A stretch of 64,000 nt of DNA. It comes from Eledone cirrhosa (Eukaryota). The stretch spans positions 1 to 64,000 of the forward strand of contig CAXHJY010000503.1 in assembly GCA_964016885.1 (NCBI GenBank). The letters are read 5' to 3'. This document shows, one piece after another, positions 1-12,468 of this stretch. Under the pieces are notes generated by a model. It made no database searches. It worked only from the letters and a program-made list of their open reading frames with translations, and had not been told where the DNA came from. Every line of letters starts with the position of its first letter. Position 1 is the first letter of the stretch. Position numbers and translations under genes: made by a program.

Positions 1-1
1 T

Positions 2-475
2 AACCAAAATACCAATAATAACCCAAACAATATTCAATTAAATAACTGTAACTGTAGAAATAAATCTAACTGTCCGTTAAATAACAACTGCTTAGCTAAA
101 AATGTAGTGTACAATTGTAATGTTAAAACTAATTTAAATTCATTTAACTATGTTGGTTCCACCTCTACAGAATTTAAATTTCGCTTCAATAATCATAAGA
201 ATTCTTTCACAGATCCAAACAAAAAATCTTCAACTTCGCCATCTAGCCTACTATGGGACCTAAAACGAGATAATATTAAATATTCGATGAATTGGAATAT
301 TATTTCAAAAGCTACTCCTTTTAATTCCTCTTCAGAGAATTGTGGTCTTTGTATTGAAGAAATATTCTTTATATTAAAGTCCAAAAATTCCCTTAATCTA
401 AGGAACAATTTATTCAGTTGCTGCAGACATAGATTGAACTCAACGTTTAAATATAAATATAAATTTAAAATGTAG
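2..475 (+). CDS. C-terminal part of a Penelope-like element ORF: Cys-rich linker plus GIY-YIG endonuclease (Hydra-type architecture), open at the window edge
   Basis: Frame +2 is open from base 2: CNCRNKSNCPLNNNC...VVY...YVGST..FKFRFNNHK.SF...W.LK....W.II.KA......CGLCIEE......LNLR..L..CCRH. These are the GIY-YIG motif residues plus the CxC-x4-CP-x4-C linker seen in PLEs with a C-terminal endonuclease. Confidence 0.85.
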   Translation, partial: NQNTNNNPNNIQLNNCNCRNKSNCPLNNNCLAKNVVYNCNVKTNLNSFNYVGSTSTEFKFRFNNHKNSFTDPNKKSSTSPSSLLWDLKRDNIKYSMNWNIISKATPFNSSSENCGLCIEEIFFILKSKNSLNLRNNLFSCCRHRLNSTFKYKYKFKM

Positions 476-2078
476 TATAATTAATTAAGTAATTTTAGTT
501 AATATATGGAACCTATCGATAAATCATTAGATTCCTTCACCTTTTTCTTTTTAAACTTTCTTCATAAATATAAACAAGGATATAATAAACTACTCTAAAA
601 TGTCTATACTTCCAATGTATTGAATAAAATATACGTAAGGTAAATTTCTATACTAAATATAAGGTTATCTGTAGAATCATTGGGTTTTTTTAAATCTTTT
701 AAATTATTTTTATTTATTTGTTTTGATTATGATAGCTTCTCATAACTTTCATAAGTCTACCCTTTCAATATCTTGATTGTGATATACGTAGGATAAATTT
801 CTATAATAAATATATAAAACATATTATTTTAACTTAAGATACTCTATAGTGTTTTAAAGATATTTAATGCTTTGATATTTCTAGATTTCTTTTGTCTATA
901 CTGATATAGTTACATTTCCAAAATATATTCCTTTGGTATTTTAAATTTATATTGTTATGGTTATATTTACAAGTTATAATCCTTTAGTAATATATTGATA
1001 TTTGATTATCTCTATACAAATGCATATGTGTATATTAACATGCATAAAAAGTGTTATAGGTTTTTTGTGTCTATATATGTCTGTATATATACATGAGTGA
1101 TGCGTGACGACGCACGCAAATATTTATTTATACATATGTATGTGTATATATGTATGTGTATATATCTATGTGGATGCGAGGTATGTTGGAGATATGCATA
1201 ATATTAAGCACATGAATGGTAATCGTATATATGAGGACTTGAATGTTAATCGTATATATTTGTATATATAGACTGAAATTTTTATAACACAAGGAATGTG
1301 TAGCAGTGATTAAGAGAAATCATTTACGTTTTGTTGGCTTGAGTAAACATAATTTCTATTTTCAGGACGTGCGTATCTATGTATATATATATATACATAT
1401 ATATTTGTATGTCTTTGCATAAAATACTAATCTCTATAGCAAGGGTACATTTTGAACTCAGATTTTGGTATATTGATCTCAAGTTTCTAAACTAAACATA
1501 TAGTCATTATTGAACAATGTTTAATTTCTCATATTATATATATATATGTCCCATTCATGAATATTGATACTTATATTTTTATTATTCATTTCATATAAAT
1601 TGTTAACTCAACTTAATATGACATGACGTAAAGCTTTCATTGTCCCCCCTCTCTCTATATAGTATTTCTCTCTCTTGAGTTTTTCTCTCTGTATGATGAC
1701 TTGATATCTCTCTGTTGCTTTCCTGTTTTTCTTATTTCTTCCTTTTCTTTCTTTTTTCTTTTTTCTTTTTTCTTTTTTCTTTTTTATTTTTCATTTCTTC
1801 CTATCTGTATTTATCTCTTTCTTTTCTCCATACATTTCTCTCTCTCTCTCTCCGATATTTCTCCAGGTTTTCTGTCTCTTTCTTTCTTTCTCTCCGGCTT
1901 TGTTCTTTTCTCTCTCTCCGTCTTTTTCTTTTTCTTTCTATCCGTCTTTTTCTAATTGTGCTTAACACTATGACTTATTAAAACAATGTAAACAAATCAC
2001 TATCCAGACAGCCTCCAAAAGTAATGGTTGTATTTTAAAAGGGTACGTCAAAGCTATTTGTAAAACTGTTATATATTG

Positions 2079-2143
2079 TATTTTATCTGATGAAGGCATA
2101 CCATAATTTAATGTGGTATCCCTGAAATATGTATAATGAAATA
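2079..2143 (+). ncRNA. Type I hammerhead ribozyme
   Basis: UAUUUUAU-CUGAUGA-AGG(C)AUACCA..UGGUAU(C)CCU-GAAA-UAUGU-AUA|AUGAAAUA: 8-bp stem I, complete core, near-palindromic minimal stem III, predicted cleavage after 2135. Confidence 0.8.
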
Positions 2144-2933
2144 AATATGGTTTTATAAATATAGTTTCCATTTATTAATATCGTATATATATATATATAA
2201 ACTTAACCAAGAAAGACAAGACAACGAACGGAAAATGTCTGGTGCCTCATAGAGCACATGAAACATGAGTGAAACAATGAAAAAAGGAGAAAAAAAGAAA
2301 GAAAAAAAGAAAGAAGTAATATATCGTGTTAAAAAATGTAAGCCATTACAATAAATAGGGAGGAAGAGATAAACACGTACGCCACATTAGTAAATAAACA
2401 TAAGAAAATTAACAAAGAAAAGACAAGACAACGAACGGAAACAAAACGAAACGAAAAACAATTTTTTAGGGGGAAACTTTCTAGAATATTCCTTTTTATT
2501 CTAGCTTGATTTTAAGGGTGCGAGTGAATTTCTTTTGTTGGAATATCCCAGCAGTTAAGAGCTTTTAAATAAATCTGTTATTACAAAGCTGTTGTTTCAA
2601 GTCCTTTATCTTTGTTAAATCAACAACCTTTCCCCGATTGACTATCAAATGTGAACACGACCAACTTTTCTCGGTTCTATGAATTTTTGTATGAATAGAA
2701 CTTCGCATAAAGTGTACATAACATTCATTTCTTCTTCACTGCAGATCTTAACAATTCCTTACCAGAGATGATATAGGGGCGGTTGAACTAGGGGTGCGGG
2801 GTCCCTCAATAATTATATTTTCCCCAAACTACCAAAACACACATCTATTTGTATATGCGCTACAATTTATGTACAAGCTATGTTTATCGCATATGGTGGT
2901 TTTCTGACCATGTTAGAGTGCAAAGAGCTAAAT

Positions 2934-3199
2934 CAGGGGTGTGGAACATATTCCATTGGCGGGCCACTTTTGAACAACTATTAGGGCCAGTCACTGTCAA
3001 AAATATGTAATCTAATGAAAACCACAACTTCTTTGCACAACATGGACCTGGGAAATTATAACACACATAACCCTATCAGTGAAGCCCTTTAGTATAGGTC
3101 AACTAACAGAAAATTGTATTACGGTTACGAAAACATTCTAAATAAGCCTACAAGGTAAAAATTAAAAACGGTCATCTCGGGCCGCTCTGCACGCCCCTG
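2934..3199 (-). mobile_element. hAT-type MITE (second copy of the element at 16582-16922)
   Basis: Ends CAGGGGTGTGGAACA...TGCACGCCCCTG, degenerate 8-bp TSD agctaaat/agataaac; internal blocks are reverse complements of 16652-16732 and 16822-16922. Confidence 0.75.
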
Positions 3200-3497
3200 A
3201 GATAAACTAATCGCTACAACTAAATCGACCCCCCCCCCCCCCACCTCATTCAGAAATGCTTCCACCGCCCTTGTGATAAGGAGTTCATTACCAGTATTAC
3301 ATTCCAGCTGTCTTCCTCGATTGTATATTATGTCTGTCTGTTTGTCTTTCTGTTTGACTTTCTGTCTGTCTGTCTGTCTGTTTGTATGTATGTATAATGC
3401 CTGCCTGTCTGTATGTATGTATGTCCGTCTGTATGTCTGTACATATGTATCTCTGTATATATGTGTGTATGTATATCTGTATATATATAAGTCTGTC

Positions 3498-3529
<32 letters not shown>

Positions 3530-3754
3530 TGATATGTATGCATAGATTATTGAGTAAACCCACAAATGCGTCTATTAAATTGAGCGGCTGATAATAGTAT
3601 TGTGTTAAGAAGATAAAGAGACAGGCAGGTCAATCAAATTATCGACAACTAAGTGTAGAGAAGTTAAATAAAATCGATTTAACATCGATCGATAAATACC
3701 ACAGGGATAAAAATGGATATACAGGATGACAGAAGATAAAATCGCTAAAGAGAA

Positions 3755-3949
3755 TTCTTCTTCTTCTTCTTCTTCTTCTTCTTTTTCTTCTTCTTCTTCT
3801 TCTTCTTCTTCTTCTTCTTCTTCTTCTTCTTCTTCTTCTTCTTCTTCTTCTTCTTCTTCTCCTCCCCCTCCTCCTCCTTCTTCTTCTCCTCCTCCTCCCC
3901 CTCCTCCTCCTTCTCCTCCCTTCTTCTTCTTCTTCTTCTTCTTCTTCTT
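3755..3949. repeat. (TTC)n/(CCT)n trinucleotide microsatellite
   Basis: Direct reading; adjoins an RTE-like 3' tail on the minus strand (3945-4010). Confidence 0.95.
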
Positions 3950-4099
3950 GAAAGGGTCGCGGGGGCAGATCCCTAAATACGCCTTCCAGAGGGTCCTGTC
4001 AGAACCAACCATTCTGTTTGTGGTTTATCCCTGGTTCCCCTGCGGTTTGGCTTTGTCCACAAACATATATGTGTAATTACACGTGTGTATATATGTGTA

Positions 4100-4300
4100 A
4101 AAATAGTACTGTCTTCACTCATAATCGAGTATGACTTGGTAGTATGTACCATGCTTTCGCTAAGGAATGAGGGCTGCACCACCATTGCAATTTCTTTACC
4201 GAATCTGAAACAATTAAAGGCAAAGTGGACTTCGATGAGATTTGAGCTCAGAACTCAGAAACCCCGAACAAACATCCACCGCTCTAGTGATTCTACCAAA
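4100..4300 (-). mobile_element. Degenerate tRNA-derived SINE (main family)
   Basis: AAGGCAAAGTGGACTTCGATGAGATTTGAGCTCAGAA matches the reverse complement of the family B-box/core. Confidence 0.6.
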
Positions 4301-4349
4301 TCGTATGTATGTATGTATGTATGTATGTATGTATGTATGTATGTCTGTA

Positions 4350-4408
<59 letters not shown>

Positions 4409-4409
4409 A

Positions 4410-4468
<59 letters not shown>

Positions 4469-4543
4469 ATGTATGTATGTATGTATGTATGTATGTATGT
4501 GGGTGGGTGGGTGTGTGTGTGTATATATATATGTATATATATA

Positions 4544-4658
4544 AGGTAAGTTATTCCGGGTTGAATCGGAGGTAACCACAGTAAGTAAAGTACTCAATAC
4601 ATAGCAGAGCTGATGATTTCTCAAGAATGAAACAGTTCTAGTCCTGTAGAATCTCATC

Positions 4659-4662
<4 letters not shown>
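4544..4662. mobile_element. Family D hammerhead-bearing TA-inserted element, head-to-head arrangement
   Basis: Left arm (minus, 4544-4609) joined to a right arm starting at CUGAUGA-UUUC-UCAA-GAAU-GAAA-CA-GUU; both flanks are TA-rich. Same family at 41641, 51008 and 59876. Confidence 0.75.
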
Positions 4663-4690
<28 letters not shown>

Positions 4691-4807
4691 AATATATATA
4701 TAAACGAAAAAAATGAAACGAAATTTCATTTCTCACTCTTAGTACGGCTGTTACTTAAATATAAATATGTACACGTACATACATATATGTATACAGACGT
4801 ACAGTAG

Positions 4808-4851
<44 letters not shown>

Positions 4852-5175
4852 CATGCACACATATATATATGTACGTATGGATTCAGCGAACATTTATTAT
4901 AATGCTCGGTGTGTTTGTAAACAAACATCCCGAATTAAGCCGTACAGTGTCTAGTAACCATCGTTGCTCATTTGTTCAACACTGACAAAGGAACGCTGTA
5001 CTAGTTTCAAGCTTATTAGCTATCGTCAGCAACGTATACCTTCCTGCCAGATGGTTGAACGTCTGAAAGTATTTACTTTCCTTATGCATATTAACGGCTG
5101 AGCAGCCTAATTTGCATATCGAGTGAGTTAATCGGCCGGGGTACATACTTATATATATATATATACGTGTACATA

Positions 5176-5273
<98 letters not shown>

Positions 5274-5297
5274 TATATGTATATACACACACATATA

Positions 5298-5333
<36 letters not shown>

Positions 5334-5390
5334 CACACACACACACACACAGACACACACACACACACATATATATATATAGATATATGT

Positions 5391-5425
<35 letters not shown>

Positions 5426-5531
5426 TATATATGTATACATATGTATATGTGTATGTATATGTATATATATGTATATATATATATATATGTATGTATATAT
5501 GTATATATATATATGTATGTATACATATATG

Positions 5532-5562
<31 letters not shown>

Positions 5563-6229
5563 TGTATGTATATATATATGTATATATGTATACATATGTA
5601 TATGTATATATATGTATATGTATATATGTGTGTGTGTGTGTATTTCTTCACCGTATCAAAGTAAGCCATGAGATATATATATATATATATTATTTAAGAA
5701 GAATTTTCAACTACGGGGACATATTTCTACTGTCGTCCGTCTTACAGGATTTCAGCATAAATATAATAATATCAACCCTAGAGCTAAAACTTAAAGTCTT
5801 TAACCTTCCCCCGTTTCTTCTCTCTCACCTTCTCTCTTTTTCTCTTCCTCTCCCTCTCTCTGAGTCCATCTGCCTGTCTTTCCCTGTCTCTCTACCCCCT
5901 TTCTCGCCCTTCTCTTACCTCTCTCTCTCTTCAGTAGGAGAAAACAGTGCCAAATGTTTCATTCCCAGGCCATTAGCACTATACTTTGAGACTGACAATT
6001 GATTAAAAAGTTAAAGAGTTCCATTGTTGATCAGAAGACATATATTTTGAGCCGCTAGTAGCGGTGGTGGTGGTGGTGGTAACATTAGGGTTGGTTATGG
6101 TAGTGGTGACGGTGGTTGCAATTGTCGTTGTAGTAATAATGGTGGTGGCGCTGGTGGCGGTGACGATGGTTGTCGTTGTAGTTGTAGTAGCGACGATAGT
6201 GTTGGTTGTAGTGGTGATGGTTCTGGTGG

Positions 6230-7965
6230 TGATAGTTGTGGTGGTGATGGTTGTGATGGTTGTGATGGTTGTGGTGATAGTTGTGGTGGTGATGGTTGTG
6301 GTGGTGATGGTTGTGGTGATAGTTGTGGTGGTGATGGTTGTGGTGGTGATGGTTGTGATGGTTGTGGTGATAGTTGTGGTGGTGATGGTTGTGGTGGTGA
6401 TGGTTGTGATGGTTGTGGTGATAGTTGTGGTGGTGATGGTTGTGGTGGTGATGGTTGTGGTGGTGATGGTTGTGGTGATAGTTGTGGTGGTGATGGTTGT
6501 GGTGGTGATGGTTGTGGTGGTGATGGTTGTGGTGGTGATGTTTGTGGTGGTGATGGTTGTGGTGGTGATGTTTGTGGTGGTGATGGTTGTGGTGGTGATG
6601 GTTGTGGTGGTGATGTTTGTGGTGGTGATGGTTGTGGTGGTGATGTTTGTGGTGGTGATGGTTGTGGTGGTGATGTTTGTGGTGGTGATGGTTGTGGTGG
6701 TGATGTTTGTGGTGGTGATGGTTGTGGTGGTGATGGTTGTGGTGGTGATGGTTGTGGTGGTGATGGTTGTGGTGGTGATGGTTGTGGTGGTGATGGTTGT
6801 GGTGGTGATGTTTGTGGTGGTGATGGTTGTGGTGGTGATGTTTGTGGTGGTGATGGTTGTGGTGGTGATGTTTGTGGTGGTGATGGTTGTGGTGGTGATG
6901 TTTGTGGTGGTGATGGTTGTGGTGGTGATGGTTGTGGTGGTGATGGTTGTGGTGGTGATGGTTGTGGTGGTGATGGTTGTGGTGGTGATGGTTGTGGTGG
7001 TGATGTTTGTGGTGGTGATGGTTGTGGTGGTGATGTTTGTGGTGGTGATGGTTGTGGTGGTGATGTTTGTGGTGGTGATGGTTGTGGTGGTGATGTTTGT
7101 GGTGGTGATGGTTGTGGTGGTGATGGTTGTGGTGGTGATGGTTGTGGTGGTGATGTTTGTGGTGGTGATGGTTGTGGTGGTGATGGTTGTGGTGGTGATG
7201 GTTGTGGTGGTGATGTTTGTGGTGGTGATGGTTGTGGTGGTGATGGTTGTGGTGGTGATGTTTGTGGTGGTGATGGTTGTGGTGGTGATGGTTGTGGTGG
7301 TGATGTTTGTGGTGGTGATGGTTGTGGTGGTGATGGTTGTGGTGGTGATGTTTGTGGTGGTGATGGTTGTGGTGGTGATGGTTGTGGTGGTGATGTTTGT
7401 GGTGGTGATGGTTGTGGTGGTGATGGTTGTGGTGGTGATGGTGATGGTTGTGGTGGTGAAGGTTGTGGTGGTGATAGTTGTGGTGGTGATGGTTGTGGTG
7501 GTGATGGTTGTGATGGTTGTGGTGATAGTTGTGGTGGTGATGGTTGTGGTGGTGAAGGTTGTGGTGGTGAAGGTTGTGGTGGTGATGGTTGTGGTGGTGA
7601 TGGTTGTGGTGGTGAAGGTTGTGGTGGTGATGGTTGTGGTGGTGATGGTGATGGTTGTGGTGGTGAAGGTTGTGGTGGTGATAGTTGTGGTGGTGATGGT
7701 TGTGGTGGTGATGGTTGTGATGGTTGTGGTGATAGTTGTGGTGGTGATGGTTGTGGTGGTGATGGTTGTGGTGGTGATGTTTGTGGTGGTGATGGTTGTG
7801 GTGGTGAAGGTTGTGGTGGTGAAGGTTGTGGTGGTGATGGTTGTGGTGGTGATGGTTGTGGTGGTGATGGTTGTGGTGGTGAATGTTGTGGTGGTGAAGG
7901 TTGTGGTGGTGATGGTTGTGGTGGTGATGGTGATGGTTGTGGTGGTGAAGGTTGTGGTAGTGATA
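6230..7965. repeat. 15-bp minisatellite (GTTGTGGTGGTGATG)n with variant units
   Basis: About 1.7 kb of near-perfect 15-mers with 6/9/12-bp variants, flanked by degenerate GTG/GAT triplets. Confidence 0.95.
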
Positions 7966-8482
7966 GTTATGGTGGTGATGGTTGGGGTGGTAATAGTTGT
8001 GGTGGTGATTGTTATAGTTCCAGAGATAGTGTTGTTATTGTTGTTAATAGTAATGTTGGCGATGGTGGCGTTGTTATTTGTGGTGGTTGTCACGCCGGTG
8101 ATTGTTGGGTATTGTCATAGTAGTAGTAGTGATGGTGGCGGCGGTTGACGTCATCGTAGTCGTTTATGCTGCGGTGATAGTAGTGGTAGTAATGGGATTC
8201 TGGTAGTGGTGACGGTGGGTGATGGTGGTGGTTGTGGTATGGCTTCTAACTATAGTGTATATGTCGTTGATATTGTGATTAGTTGGTGATTAGTGGCTTC
8301 TATGTGACGATTTAAGGATAAATCTGCTGTATTTTAAGTATAATACGTTCGGCAATTCTCACTTCCAATGTCTTCTGCATATTTTGAAAAATCCCACAAA
8401 TGACAACAATTAAATAAACAAACGAACAAACAACCCGAATGCTTGTTTTACTATAACAGGATCTAATTACAGTAAATTACGG

Positions 8483-8665
8483 AAAACCGTCGTTTTGAGC
8501 CAAGGATTGAAGCCGTTGTTTTGAACCAAGAAGTGAAATCATTGTTTTAAGCCAATAAATGCATCCATAGTTTTGAGCTAAGAAACGAAACCATTATTTT
8601 GAGCCAAAAATAGAAACTGTTGTTTTGAGTCAAGGAATGAAACCGTCGTTTTGAGCCGTCGTTTT
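8483..8665. repeat. Approximately 30-bp degenerate tandem repeat
   Basis: About six units of AAACCGTCGTTTTGAGCCAAGGAATGA-like sequence. Confidence 0.8.
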
Positions 8666-8929
8666 CAGTGCAAATCATTCCAGGGTTGATTTTTTTCCCC
8701 CTCTTATCTTTCTCTGATGAATAATATAAGCATCAATCAACTACCGTGGAGCAAACTGAGGGGTAAAAACAGTAGAATGTTCTATAAAATTTAATTATAT
8801 CTGAGTTCAGATCCTATTAATGTTGACTTCACTTTATTATCATTCAAGAATCCTTGAGAAAAGTATGGCCCTGTCATATACTGAATTCGATTTCATTCAC
8901 TGTATAAACTATTGCTATTGTTTTTATTG

Positions 8930-9265
8930 TTGGCAACGGATTGGCAGAGTCGTTAGAACGTCGGATAGAATACCTTGCAGTATTCGTTTCGACTCTCTGC
9001 TCTCTGAATTCAAATCCCGCCGTGGTCAGCTCTTCCTTTCATCCTTTCGGGGTCGATAACAAAAGTAGCAGTCCAGTACTGGAATAAATTCTTCCTCAAT
9101 AGAAAAAATCAGCTGTGTTCAAACCTGGAGAGGGTTGGGCTCCTCCAGGTTTAAAAGTGCCCTAGACACGCCATATGACGGTGTCTCTACGACGCCACGA
9201 GTTATGGGATCTTTATCCTATCCTCCAAATTTGCTGGCCTTGTGCATAAATTAGAAATGAATATT
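8930..9265 (+). mobile_element. tRNA-derived SINE with extra internal/3' segment
   Basis: TTGGCAGAGTCGTTAGA (A box), GAATTCAAATCCC (B box), CTTTCATCCTTTCGGGGTCGATAA core; extra segment shared with 34097 and 48916. Confidence 0.8.
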
Positions 9266-10669
9266 ATTAATACAAGAGTATGAGCAGCAGCACCAGTAAC
9301 TAATGGCGGAGCTTCTATGCTTGACCTCCTAGAAATAACAGCCCGTGAGTATGTATGTGTATGTATGTATGTATGTATGTATGTATGTATGTATGTATGT
9401 ATGTATGTATGTATGTATGTATGTATGTATGTATGAATGCATATGTATATGTGTGTATGTTTGTGTGTATTTATGTATGTATGTATGTGTGTGTTTATGG
9501 AGGTGTGTATGTATGTATGCATGTATGTATGTATGTGTGTATGGAGGTATGTATGTATGTGTGTATGGAGGTGTGTATGTATGTGTATGGAGGAGGTGTG
9601 TATGGAGGAGGTGTGTATGTATGTATGTATGTATGCATTTATCTTGTCATGGAAGTAAAATGATTTCCTTGAATAAATAAACAATTATATATACAAAGCA
9701 AAGCACAAAATAACAAAATAAGGAAAAAAAAAATGTGACAAATATCCAGTTAAATGTATAATGTGGGTGAATGTCTATTTTAATAAAGATATGTACAGAA
9801 TACAACGACTAACCACACCCTCATTAACACTCCTTCTTCTGCCGCCACCACCACTACCATCACCACCACCATCACTGTGACCGTATCTAAAAGCCTATAT
9901 CGTTACAACAGTCCTTGCCCATAAACACTCTTTAGTTGCCCGTTAATATCCATTATACGGAGACCACATCGCAAGCTTGATCAATCTAAGCAGTACGCCG
10001 GCCGACATCTATGGTGTAACGAAAAACTATTCCGACCTCAAAACATTTGCCCGCGGTTATGAAAAGTGATTAGCGGCTCATTTAATGTATCCTTACTATC
10101 GTCTCGTTCCATTTCGCAAATTAGTTCCAGTTTGCCGACAACTGGAGGGAGGGAGATACATTTAAAATGAACCTTTCTATATATTTTTTTAATTTCTATC
10201 TTTTTGAGTTTATCTTGTTTTTGTTATATTTTCATTGCGACTCAGCTGGGAGATGAACGAAGTATAAGAGTTAGTTAGTACAAGACTGCTCCATATACTG
10301 AAGATCACACAGCCTCGAGCAAGATAAAAAGATGGGGTGCCGGGTGCTGAGTACGGGGTCGGCTGCTGTGACAAAAATAATAAAAATAAATAAAAAACCG
10401 AACACGTGACCAGATTCAGATTATTAGGGGCAACGGCAAAGAGAGAGGTTGAGAAAGAAAACTAGTTTAAACAAAGGTTATGTAATTTGGGAATTTCGAC
10501 AAACCGGTCAAAAAAAAAAATAAAAAGAAAGGGAAAGAAAGCAAAAAAAAAAAACTAGGGAAATACACGCAGGTGGGACGATATCGCGTTTAGCTTTTGA
10601 CAAAGAAATAGGGAGAGAGAAAAAGGGAGAGATGAGAGAGAGAGAGAGAGAGTGTGTGAGAGAGAGAGA

Positions 10670-10723
<54 letters not shown>

Positions 10724-10830
10724 GAAGAAGACAGATAGACAGAGTCTGTACGTGTCTGTTTGTATGAGAGAGAACTTGGAAATGAATAAGGAGGATATAC
10801 ATAGTATATACCGGTGTTTGGATAGTTTAT

Positions 10831-10863
<33 letters not shown>

Positions 10864-11010
10864 CACACAGACACACACACACATATATATATATATTTCC
10901 CCATGCATTGAGAACTCCCAGCACCGCAAACTCTCTTTCTCTCTCTCTCTATATATATATGTGTGTGTGTCAGAGAGAGATAAAGAGGGAAGCGAGAGAG
11001 ATAGATAGAG

Positions 11011-11071
<61 letters not shown>

Positions 11072-11165
11072 AAATATTTGCACCCCAGGAAATCAGTGGG
11101 AGAATGGAAAAGGTGGAGCAAATGTGAAATAAAATGATCAGGAACAATAAAGATGGCCTATTTAA

Positions 11166-11212
<47 letters not shown>

Positions 11213-11750
11213 CAAACAAAAACATTTAAAAATAATAATAAAAAAAAAAAAACAAATAAAGAACTCCAAGGAAAAAAGGTACAAAAATCAACAAAATAAT
11301 CAAAAACGAAAAATCAGCAACACACAATCTTGAAAAGGCTTTAGAAAACATTTGAAGTCAAGAATTAAAATAAAAAGGAAGAAGAGACTAAGAAGTAAGG
11401 ATCGTCTAGTTTCTTGAAACCTTTGGTAATGGAATACTTATAGTGTGTTGTTTATTATGTAATAAAAATAATGTATATATATATATTAATTAGACTATGT
11501 GTTAGTTTATTACCGACACTTAGTATGGCAGTGTAGAGCACTCGACGCAGTAGACCAGTAGGTCTGTTTACTCCGGAGTATATTTATAATCATGAAGTAC
11601 AAGTCAACAGGTTATAATTCGCTTTGTTTATTCATAATCGGTGTTATATATATTTCGGTGGTAACAGAAAAACATTGTTTTGATTCATTGATATGTCCCG
11701 GGATGATATTGGGTTTCGCTCTCTCAAATGTCACTGGTGCTTTGAGAAAG

Positions 11751-12126
<376 letters not shown>

Positions 12127-12146
12127 CTTTTTTTTCTTTTTTTTTC

Positions 12147-12264
12147 GCTTACGGCACCTAGGGTTCCCAAGTGGCCACCCATCTAAGTACTAACTAGGCT
12201 CGACGTTGCTTAACTTCGGTGATCGGACGAGAACCAGTGTTTTCAGTGTGATATGGCCGTAAAC
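12147..12264 (-). rRNA. 5S rRNA copy, probably a retroposed pseudogene
   Basis: Minus strand: GTTTACGGCCATATCACACTGAAAACACTGGTTCTCGTCCGATCACCGAAGTTAAGCAACGTCGAGCCTAGTTAGTACTTAGATGGGTGGCCACTTGGGAACCCTAGGTGCCGTAAGC (118 nt, animal 5S). Followed by an A-rich tract rather than a T terminator. Confidence 0.9.
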
Positions 12265-12417
12265 ATATACATATATATGGCTGATAAATGAAACAAAACA
12301 AAATAAATAAAAAAAAAAACACAGGGATAGAAAAATACATAGTTATATTAGGTTCACGCTCGGAGGAAATGGAAGAAGGTTCGACGTTTCCTACAGAAAT
12401 CCTTTATTAGGAAAGTT

Positions 12418-12461
<44 letters not shown>

Positions 12462-12468
12462 TATATAT

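Larger units (their letters stand above)
1..2185 (+). mobile_element. 3' part of a Penelope-like retroelement (EN end, long AT-rich 3' region, hammerhead, ends in a TA run)
   Basis: GIY-YIG ORF end at 475, hammerhead at 2079-2143 on the same strand, then a (TA)n flank. Continuity of the intervening 1.6 kb is inferred. Confidence 0.55.

Noticed and set aside
2500-2780. Possible second decayed GIY-YIG on the minus strand
   Set aside because: Only faint motif resemblance with frameshifts; not supportable without a profile search.
3273-6002. ORFs rich in YI, CV, MYVC, LS or TH repeats (also throughout the window)
   Set aside because: Translations of (TA)n, (TG)n, (TATG)n, (TC)n and (TCTG)n microsatellites, which lack stops by construction.
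6064-8148. 694-aa poly-Val ORF and the opposite 696-aa Thr-rich ORF as genes
   Set aside because: Pure minisatellite with no domain, signal peptide or evident splice context.
8483-8665. 30-bp periodic repeat as a CRISPR array
   Set aside because: Units are contiguous with no unique spacers, there are no cas genes, and the context is eukaryotic.
8712-8740. Isolated CTGATGA as a hammerhead
   Set aside because: No stem II or downstream GAAA/stem III can be formed.
12385-12415. Minus-strand hammerhead (UUC-CUAAUAA...GAAACGUC-GAA)
   Set aside because: Two core substitutions and no clear stem II; at best a dead relic.
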